DNA from: Candidatus Chisholmbacteria bacterium RIFCSPHIGHO2_01_FULL_52_32 | GTDB taxonomy: Bacteria > Patescibacteriota > Microgenomatia > UBA1400 > Chisholmbacteraceae | Direction: 5' to 3' | Length of the DNA: 38,367 nucleotides | NCBI GenBank assembly: GCA_001816585.1 | Contig: MHCJ01000002.1 | Span: forward strand, 1-38,367 | In this document: one piece after another, positions 5,801 through 11,401 of the stretch | How the letters are laid out: each line of letters opens with the position of its first letter | Position numbering within the stretch: position 1 is the stretch's first letter | Position numbers and translations under genes: made by a program | Notes under the pieces: generated by a model | Told to the model about the DNA's origin: nothing | Database searches by the model: none | Seen by the model: the letters and a program-made list of their open reading frames with translations, nothing else

Positions 5801-7765
5801 GACATGCCACTGGTAGCCCTGGATAGCGGCGATCGGAGAACTGAAAACTGAAGACTGAAGACTGAAGTTTTGTCTTGAGTCTTTAGTATTTATTTTTAAG
5901 TCAAGACTTCCCGCGCTTGCCTGGAAGTACTTCAGGAACAATTCCAGCGTATCCGGGTACGGGACAAAGTCCGCATCAAACACCACCACAAACTCTGTTC
6001 GGGGGTCACTGACCCGGAGCGCCTCGCGGAGGGCCCCTCCCTTGAAGCCTTCCCGATCTGCACGGTGGATCAGGGTGAATGAAGGAGTATCAGGGGTGGA
6101 AGGGGTAACGTGAAGAATTTCCTCCCCCTGATCTCCCTTGATCTCCCTTGCTTCCCCTTGATATCCCTTCAGGAATCGTTCCACGATTCCTGTTGTCTCA
6201 TCCGTGCTGTCATCGGCGACCACAACCTCGTAGTTTGGATAGTCAAAGGACGTACAGGCTTTAAGGAGTCTCTCTACCACCTTGGATTCGTTGAAAAGAG
6301 GCAGATGGACGGAGATGAAGGGATACCGCTCAAGCTTGACCTGGGATACATCAGGCGTAAGCCCAGTTTGACTGGGTTCCAGTCCCCCTCCCGAAGAGCT
6401 CGATCCCGGATCGGGCATTGACGATCCGGGATCGTTATGGATCCCGAACACCCTCCCCAACCAGCCGATCTTTGAACTGAAAACTGACGACTGACGACTG
6501 AAGTCTTGTTTTGAGTCTTGTGTGCTAAGTCTTGAGCCTTGAGTTAAGTCTTGAGCTTCCCTGGAGAAGCTCAAGACTACTGCCAACGTGATGTAGTACT
6601 TCAAACTATATAAAAAGAATACACTCCCCATCGAAAGCGCGATCGAGGCAAACACCCATCCGAGAAGTTGGACAGGACTGGTTGCGGATCCAAGAAACCT
6701 ACCCCATGCAAAGCTCCCTGACAGAACAAGAGCGGAAAGTACAAAGAAAGGAAGAGATCGCCGCAGCAAGGAAAAAAGAGATCGTACCCCTCCGACTAGC
6801 CCGCCGAAGCCTTGCCGTGCGTCGCCAAAGGCTCTGCCGGCGGCGCGGCGAAGGCGGGAGCCAAAATCAAAGGGGGGCGGCCCGATCGGCGCGCCGGTGA
6901 CAAGAAATTCTACGATCGCAAGCCTCAGGTAATTCAACCATGCGGTCAATGGGTAAACAGGCAAACGGGCCGCGCGAATCTGCCTGGAGTACGCCAGTCG
7001 CCTTTCAATAGTAGATAACCCGCTTCGCTCAAGAACCCGCTGCACTCCATGGTTTCCTACGAATCCCAGTCGCTTCGCAATCTTCCCCGCGGAATACTCG
7101 GGGTAAGCCGCCACAAAGTCAAGCACCACCCGCTCTTTCTCCTTGCGCAAACCCCGGGGATGCTGTGATGCAGAAGGGTTACGGTCCTCCAAAGCAACAA
7201 GCAGTCTCTCATTCCGAGTGATTGCGTCCAGATACCGCCGCTTCCATTTCACCAATGTCTTTCGGGAAACGTGGAATTCCCGGGCCACCTCCCCGCTCTT
7301 CCGCTTCGAAAGAACCACTTCCTCAACCATCCGTTTTCTCGCCGAAGCGTGTAAGCGCAACCACGCGGGAAGCCCGGGCTGAACTTTCGCAGGGATTCGA
7401 TACGAAGATGCAAATGCCTCCCGTTCGATCCGCAACTGAAGCCCCTGATGCTTCAGGAACAACCACACACTCCGAGGGCTCATTTGAATTCGTTGTTCAC
7501 CAAGAGCCCATGAGATCTTATCCGGCCCAAACTCAGGATGGGAAATGATGATGGGAAGGAGCCTGTTGCTTGCGGGCTCACTCCGGCTGACGCGTTTGGC
7601 AGCCGATTCCTCCGGAGTACGCCTGATTTCCGGCCCGTACCGATGAAGCCAAGCGTAGATGGTCTTTCTTGAAACTCCCAGGCGTCTTGAAGCCTCGGCT
7701 TTGGTTACTCGTCCTCGAAGAACGTGTTTGAGGAGGAATCGTACTCTATACGAGAGATTTAGCAT
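2843..7765 (-). CDS. 1640-aa multidomain fusion: 2x transposase-type HTH, TM helices, processive family-2 glycosyltransferase, TM helices, extracellular Asp-box/BNR-like domain and a PEP-CTERM-like tail
   Basis: Single 4.9-kb ORF. HTH modules: ..EASRRLGVSRKTIYAWLHRY.. and ..EVAREFHVSRKTLVKWKRRY... GT2 motifs: ISVHLPLFNESKVVERLL..YEVVVADDSTDET, VVFDADFVP and QRMRWAEGH (QxxRW). Several hydrophobic helices flank the GT2 domain. The C-terminal ~600 aa contain ..NGGASWSS.. and ..DAGRSWSS.. (Asp-box-like). The tail is FEFATVPEKSLILLVLAPFLPKALKGWRKEKNAH. Confidence 0.85.
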   Translation of the reverse strand: MLNLSYRVRFLLKHVLRGRVTKAEASRRLGVSRKTIYAWLHRYGPEIRRTPEESAAKRVSRSEPASNRLLPIIISHPEFGPDKISWALGEQRIQMSPRSVWLFLKHQGLQLRIEREAFASSYRIPAKVQPGLPAWLRLHASARKRMVEEVVLSKRKSGEVAREFHVSRKTLVKWKRRYLDAITRNERLLVALEDRNPSASQHPRGLRKEKERVVLDFVAAYPEYSAGKIAKRLGFVGNHGVQRVLERSGLSTIERRLAYSRQIRAARLPVYPLTAWLNYLRLAIVEFLVTGAPIGPPPFDFGSRLRRAAGRAFGDARQGFGGLVGGVRSLFSLLRRSLPFFVLSALVLSGSFAWGRFLGSATSPVQLLGWVFASIALSMGSVFFLYSLKYYITLAVVLSFSREAQDLTQGSRLSTQDSKQDFSRQSSVFSSKIGWLGRVFGIHNDPGSSMPDPGSSSSGGGLEPSQTGLTPDVSQVKLERYPFISVHLPLFNESKVVERLLKACTSFDYPNYEVVVADDSTDETTGIVERFLKGYQGEAREIKGDQGEEILHVTPSTPDTPSFTLIHRADREGFKGGALREALRVSDPRTEFVVVFDADFVPYPDTLELFLKYFQASAGSLDLKINTKDSRQNFSLQSSVFSSPIAAIQGYQWHVLNKSENWITRGIRSEYAGSYVVERSGNELYGGMKLIAGSVYMIRRDLLDRFGWGTTLTEDFELTLRLYEAGYKVLYTPYIQAPAECVSTLQRLVRQRMRWAEGHSFNIRKTFLRLLFGRWADVESSKFKVQSEKLQFKVQSFRQENNRTIEQYNNYPSQKQGMVWLPSPLSFSEKLEFLYLSPYYLQAAFFLIGTVSWLISEMVFRTRLPFWTQVWGWSLVVTNLLSLPLLNTVGLFLEEAEERDYLGIFSFVTLSYLLVPFQAYASVKGFLERSEGPWFRTPKTGRITDIFRRGRFYRFMSGILPSRWPAPLQSRISKGSLIGTIQPYLVLATANNRFQNFRIRPRHMRWAGDAAFSLVVLITSLLVIMAPFIPITATAQANSGEKFVSVQDAVEGKTPETKVEVIGTPRQIRVTQEDGRELEMIFHKEPRVRIKIGEREMEITTLEITGIGAVSPKKSLIIDDQEVRYEEIVEGVDLVYKIKPSGFIEQFIIRERLPIKGIMQKMALHEVRLIGTNGTYGVFDEENNEVFKLGEGVVYEKNNTSERNRDIKFEVEKDLTSYTFIKKLERGALEWTSAPNRIYPVVLDPSVIVSGNIVDADVDFGGQEQKLVYVSNAYYAFHNDGGRIAYRKCSSNCNNGGASWSSGSDVLMSDGGDTDNEGPVVTLDGTTIWVAWFDDTNTTGDDINFQSIDTASSDTPGTAVCSSADLGNVNLSDYVSINKGTNGDFVVSYSDDPDVLEVTGVTANCDGSVTFTDITTGSGITAADQLTATVDGNNIHFVWQEAGATGLRHNYRDVSGNTWGTEVAIDTANTSTSFGLVKTSDGDFYVHAVNGANTSTLYRCATPCTDAGRSWSSSSVFTGATNLIYATATYASSENDLILSVIKDTSEQAYFLRWDEATNSVESDVCQSVGGCPYGFSPGDLGHVASMRVVTNISEAGVVLRQGTGNFEFATVPEKSLILLVLAPFLPKALKGWRKEKNAH
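2846..2947 (-). other. C-terminal tripartite sorting-signal candidate (VPEK motif, hydrophobic helix with APFLP, basic cluster)
   Basis: FEFATVPEKSLILLVLAPFLPKALKGWRKEKNAH aligns with the tail of the Kelch protein, IVIPERVWLLFGAAPFLPLLLKRRRKE. Confidence 0.55.
5334..5365. repeat. 8-nt periodic tract (NNATTGTT x4) in frame within the GT2 fusion
   Basis: taattgtt atattgtt ctattgtt ctattgtt. The sense strand (AACAATNN)n encodes ENNRTIEQYNNY. The same unit type occurs intergenically at 26902..26949. Confidence 0.8.
5376..5434. repeat. 7-nt periodic tract (AACTTTN, about 8 units) in frame, just downstream of the QxxRW motif in the protein
   Basis: aaactttgaactttaaactgtaacttttcactttgaactttaaactttgaactttcaac encodes ESSKFKVQSEKLQFKVQSF. 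Confidence 0.8.
5841..5908. repeat. Low-complexity module, copy 1: CTGAAGA-type heptamer x4, then gtcttgagtctt-type arm
   Basis: ctgaaaa ctgaaga ctgaaga ctgaagt tttgtcttgagtcttt... encodes DSRQNFSLQSSVFSS. It parallels the module at 6477..6556. Confidence 0.8.
6130..6170. repeat. 10-nt periodic tract (GATCTCCCTT-like x4) in frame
   Basis: g atctcccttg atctcccttg cttccccttg atatcccttc. The sense strand has four GGG(G) runs with 6-7 nt loops and encodes KGYQGEAREIKGDQGE. Confidence 0.75.
6477..6556. repeat. Low-complexity module, copy 2: CTGACGA-type heptamer x4, then repeated (a)agtcttgag units
   Basis: ctgaaaa ctgacga ctgacga ctgaagt cttgttttgagtcttgtgtgctaagtcttgagccttgagttaagtcttgagc encodes ..QDLTQGSRLSTQDSKQDFSRQSSVFSS.. 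Confidence 0.8.
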
Positions 7766-7779
7766 GGGCAGCTAAATCC

Positions 7780-7808
7780 ATTGTTACCTTTCATGGGTAT
7801 TGTGTCAA
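7780..7808 (-). promoter_or_regulatory. Putative promoter of the 1640-aa gene (TTGACA-17-AACAAT), leaving a very short leader
   Basis: The minus strand reads cTTGACA caatacccatgaaaggt AACAAT ggatttagctgccc ATG. The block is conserved upstream of the paralogue (1515..1544). Confidence 0.4.
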
Positions 7809-8391
7809 GTAGAAAAACGTTTGTTGCGATAGATCAGTCTATAATCGTTCAAAAAAATAATAGCTAAGCAAAAAGTATGTAGTTCTGTCAATTTTCAGGA
7901 TTGAAAGTGTAACCGGAAGACAGAAACTCACGCAGGTACGGACAAGAGTTAAGGATTATTGCTTTCCAGAGGTAAAAAGGAATTATAAGATAAGAGCCGG
8001 AAGAACAGCACCAAATGCCTCTTAAACGGTACCCGAAGTCGTTTCTGACAACTTTATAGCTACCCAAGGCAGAGATTAGCCTTAAAAAAGGATACAGAAG
8101 GCCGACCTTGAGGTAAAAAGAACTATAATTTCAAACAGGAATAAGCGACCGGCATTCCATCGGCCACCCTTCCTTCACTCCTTATGGGATTTAAAGAACG
8201 GATATAACATAAACTGATTGATATAGTAACATTATAACAGCTTAAAAAAGATCATGTAATGCTATAGTAAAAAAGAGATTAGAAGAGAATATAAATATGT
8301 AGTAAAGTGGATAATGATATGTGATATAAGGTGTTATAGAAGAGGTAGGAATAAAACGTAATAATTGTTAATAAAAAACGCAAATATCCTA

Positions 8392-8420
8392 TTGACACCA
8401 ATCATATCAACTTTTATACT
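8392..8420 (+). promoter_or_regulatory. Sigma70-type promoter for the MerR-family gene
   Basis: TTGACA (8392-8397), a 17-nt spacer, then TATACT (8415-8420), 22 nt upstream of the ATG at 8443. Confidence 0.6.
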
Positions 8421-8442
8421 GAAAGCATACAGGGTTTGCTCT

Positions 8443-8748
8443 ATGAACACGCAAAATCCCATCATTTCAATCAGTGTCGCAGCCAAACTACTAAAATTGC
8501 ACCCAAGAACGCTTATGCTTTATGAAAAAACAGGGCTTCTTGCCCCCTACCGAACTCAAACCAGCCGACGCCTCTATTCAAAAGATGATCTGGCAATTCT
8601 TCACTTCATCAAATTCCTCACCCAGGAGAAACGAATAAGCCTGCAAGGGGTCCTCTACCTTCTCAAAGCCATACACCTCGCGGAGGGACGTAACCTCGAA
8701 CTGCAAAGACTTCTTTTCCCGGAGTACAAAAAAAAGACTCTCGTTTGA
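8443..8748 (+). CDS. MerR-family transcriptional regulator, HspR-like
   Basis: Start taken at the internal ATG 8443, downstream of the promoter. ..ISISVAAKLLKLHPRTLMLYEKTGLLAPYRTQTSRRLYSKDDLAILHFIKFL.. matches the MerR N-terminal HTH pattern. Confidence 0.75.
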   Translation: MNTQNPIISISVAAKLLKLHPRTLMLYEKTGLLAPYRTQTSRRLYSKDDLAILHFIKFLTQEKRISLQGVLYLLKAIHLAEGRNLELQRLLFPEYKKKTLV

Positions 8749-9156
8749 GCAATCCTCTTCGCTTCAAATATCTCATCTTCACATGCAACTCTCTGATGTA
8801 AATCTTCAAGGAATGCTCAAACTAAACACGACTTCTTATTGTCGAAATATTATCACTCACTGCTGTAATCTGCGAAGATTTATCGGAGACCCAGAGTAAT
8901 ATCTACGAATCTAGTCTAGTAGTCACCATAAGTTTAGATATAAGGACATCAGTATTTTCATGCTATCAGTTTTCATTCAACAAGTAATGCTAACAATAGA
9001 CATCAATCTATCTAAATAAACATAGCCCTAATTGAGATAAACGGGAATCGTTGCACTACGAATATTACGGAAGACAGTGAAAAAAGAACCTGAGAAAATG
9101 CAAATAAAGGAGAAAATAAGAACCTATAAAAGATAATTGATATTTCCTAAGCACTC

Positions 9157-11259
9157 CTAAAAAGCGCTGCGGTCGAGCTCACTTTCACGCCCACCCAGCC
9201 GTTCAATGAAAAGCGAAACACGCTGCGAAAATTGCGGTCGGAAAAGAACGAATAACAGCGCCACTACACTCACCACAATTCCCGAAATCACATCCAACCA
9301 CGGTTCATAGCGAAGTTTGATCGTCAGTATCCCCGATCGTACGGGCCGAAGCACAATCATCCCCATTGGATCCCGCACAAGCGAAACGGGCATAGAGGTC
9401 TCACCAACGCGCCAGAACGGCGAGGAAGCAACCGCCAATCGAACGCCCTGACCCTCGTTGACTTGCGCCGCAATATCCACTTCCCGCTCCCCCGTAAATC
9501 GGACCACAGCCGGCTCTCCGAGTTTCTCAACATACCCCAAAAGACCCGACGCATCATCGCCCTTTTCAGGAGGTAAAACGGACAAAATCCCCAAATCAGC
9601 CACCTCCGCCAGCCCCCGTTTTTGTCTCCGGTAAATCATATCTCCCGCACGCTCCCAAACCTTCTCCCACCCCTCCATGCCGTCAAACTTCGAAGGATAC
9701 CGGAAATCGTGGTAAACCTCCAAAGATTCCTCCCCATGTACCACCAGATACGAAACGCCCAAGACTTTAAGCCACAGATCGGCAAGTTCCGCATCTCTCC
9801 CCTCTCGGATTTGATACGATCCATGCGGCCACCACGGATTAAGCGATCCCTGTTCTCCTCCTCCCCGAACCTGCGCCACATCAAACCAGCTGTTAAGCCA
9901 GAACGCCGAACTTCCCGAAACATACGCCCGAAGAGAGCAATTGCCGACTTCCCTGCAGTCATCATCCATGAACCGGGACAACGCTTCTCCCACCCGGTAT
10001 TCCGCAGTCTCAGGAAAAGCCACCCCCTCAGAAATCATGATTCCCCTCTTGAAAAAAAACGGCAATCCGAGGACAAGCATCCCCGCAAACACCCAAAGTC
10101 GCAGTGTACGCCCCATATTTCTGTCCCAAATGAGCCCGGTGAGGGACATCCCCACCGCAAGGTCCAAAGACCGTCCGAACCGGCTGTAGTCCTGCCAAAA
10201 ATCCGGATCGGCAGTAAAAGCTGCCACGGTCAAACTGCCGTATACGAGAAGCCCCATTATCCCGATCACAGTGAGAGGCGAAGCCGTTCGGAACCACTTC
10301 CGCGCCGCAACCACCCCGAGGATCGCAGGAATAACCACGAAAAACTGTCTGAAAAGCCCAGCCACAACCACCGCAAACGGTCGACCGCCCAGGGACGGCG
10401 CACGGAGAACCGTGAAGAAGAAGCCCGGGGTAAACCAAAGACTCGTCATCAAAACCCCAAGCAGAGTAACCACCAGAAGTCGCGCGAATAACTTCACAAG
10501 ACCCCCCGAAGCGATTGTCGGCCGAACCACAGCCGCCAGCAGAAGCACCAGAATCCAAAGGAAAAAGGAAATCAGGCTCAACGAATCCACCAGAATCATC
10601 GCTCCAACCGCCAAAGCCAGCCACCTCGCCTTCCCGACCTCCCATTTCTTGGCCAGCATGAGGCAGAGAAGCAATGCCATCATGACGAACACAAAACCGA
10701 TCACACCCTGCCCCTCGCCAAGGTAAAATGCCGAGAACATCAGAAAGGACGGAAATCCGAGAGGACGAAGCACACCAAATATCTGGGGAAATAAAACCAA
10801 TACAGAAGGTATCAATATGGTAAAAAATGTAACAAAAATGGCGGGTATTGTCGCGTCAACGGATGACGCATTCAAGCGAGCCTTCTTCTGATCGCCGGAC
10901 ATAAAGGAAAGCTCTCTCACCAAGAACAGGCTGACCGCGTAAACAGCCCCCACCACCCCCACCACTCCAGACGCCACCATCCCTCGCCACACGCGAAATA
11001 ACGATCCGGGATCGTTATAAGGAAAAAGAGACAAAATCCAAGGCAAAACAGGCGACCCGATGTGCTGCCCGGGGATTCCCAAAAACCAATACCGGTTCCA
11101 ACTCCAACCACCCAAACCCTGCCCCAAAAACCGCGCTTTCGCAAGCACAAACCCATCCGCCGCCCCCATCCACGCCGGACTACGCACACCCAATGCCGGG
11201 AAAACCCATAGGAAAGAAACGAAAAGAATCAGAAAGAGCCCAAACCAAGTCCACTTCAC
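9157..11259 (-). CDS. Large polytopic membrane protein, putative GT-C-type glycosyltransferase (YfhO-related organisation)
   Basis: 700 aa with a GTG start. More than 10 hydrophobic helices, then a soluble C-terminal domain and a terminal TM (..LTIKLRYEPWLDVISGIVVSVVALLFVLF..). The N-terminal ..WNRYWFLGIPGQHIGSPVLPW.. resembles the loop-1 region of YfhO-like proteins. Family assignment is tentative. Confidence 0.5.
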   Translation of the reverse strand: MKWTWFGLFLILFVSFLWVFPALGVRSPAWMGAADGFVLAKARFLGQGLGGWSWNRYWFLGIPGQHIGSPVLPWILSLFPYNDPGSLFRVWRGMVASGVVGVVGAVYAVSLFLVRELSFMSGDQKKARLNASSVDATIPAIFVTFFTILIPSVLVLFPQIFGVLRPLGFPSFLMFSAFYLGEGQGVIGFVFVMMALLLCLMLAKKWEVGKARWLALAVGAMILVDSLSLISFFLWILVLLLAAVVRPTIASGGLVKLFARLLVVTLLGVLMTSLWFTPGFFFTVLRAPSLGGRPFAVVVAGLFRQFFVVIPAILGVVAARKWFRTASPLTVIGIMGLLVYGSLTVAAFTADPDFWQDYSRFGRSLDLAVGMSLTGLIWDRNMGRTLRLWVFAGMLVLGLPFFFKRGIMISEGVAFPETAEYRVGEALSRFMDDDCREVGNCSLRAYVSGSSAFWLNSWFDVAQVRGGGEQGSLNPWWPHGSYQIREGRDAELADLWLKVLGVSYLVVHGEESLEVYHDFRYPSKFDGMEGWEKVWERAGDMIYRRQKRGLAEVADLGILSVLPPEKGDDASGLLGYVEKLGEPAVVRFTGEREVDIAAQVNEGQGVRLAVASSPFWRVGETSMPVSLVRDPMGMIVLRPVRSGILTIKLRYEPWLDVISGIVVSVVALLFVLFRPQFSQRVSLFIERLGGRESELDRSAF

Positions 11260-11270
11260 ACCGCTATCTT

Positions 11271-11299
11271 AACATCAAACATCAAACTGCCAAACTGCC
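11271..11299. repeat. Short 7-nt periodic intergenic tract
   Basis: aacatca aacatca aactgcc aaactgcc, in the divergent intergenic region 11260..11401. Confidence 0.6.
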
Positions 11300-11401
11300 C
11301 CTCTAACTCAACACCCCTACTGGAACTCCTCCATTCGCTTGATTACAATAAGATAGCCTTAGACCCGCAAACAACAACCTTTACCTCAACCACGACCGTC
11401 A

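Noticed and set aside
5334-6556. Periodic short repeats as a CRISPR array
   Set aside because: The units are 7-10 nt and contiguous with no spacers. They lie inside an intact ORF, and no cas genes are present in the window.
6900-7765. Transposase/IS element suggested by the IS-type HTH modules (also at 560..1422)
   Set aside because: There is no DDE/rve or other catalytic domain and no terminal inverted repeats. The HTH region is continuous in frame with TM helices and a GT2 domain in both paralogues. It is better explained as a domesticated DNA-binding domain.
8306-8314. DnaA-box-like agtggataa in the AT-rich region as evidence for a replication origin
   Set aside because: It is a single 8/9 match with no cluster of boxes, no DUE-like repeats recognised, and no dnaA or dnaN nearby.
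9622-10491. Long antisense or overlapping ORFs: 9622..10491, 10028..10645, 10271..10726, 29616..30644, 25832..26422, 11459..11986 and many shorter ones
   Set aside because: They lie entirely within, and opposite to or out of frame with, strong motif-bearing CDSs. They have Arg/Pro/Ser/Gln-rich compositions typical of shadow frames.
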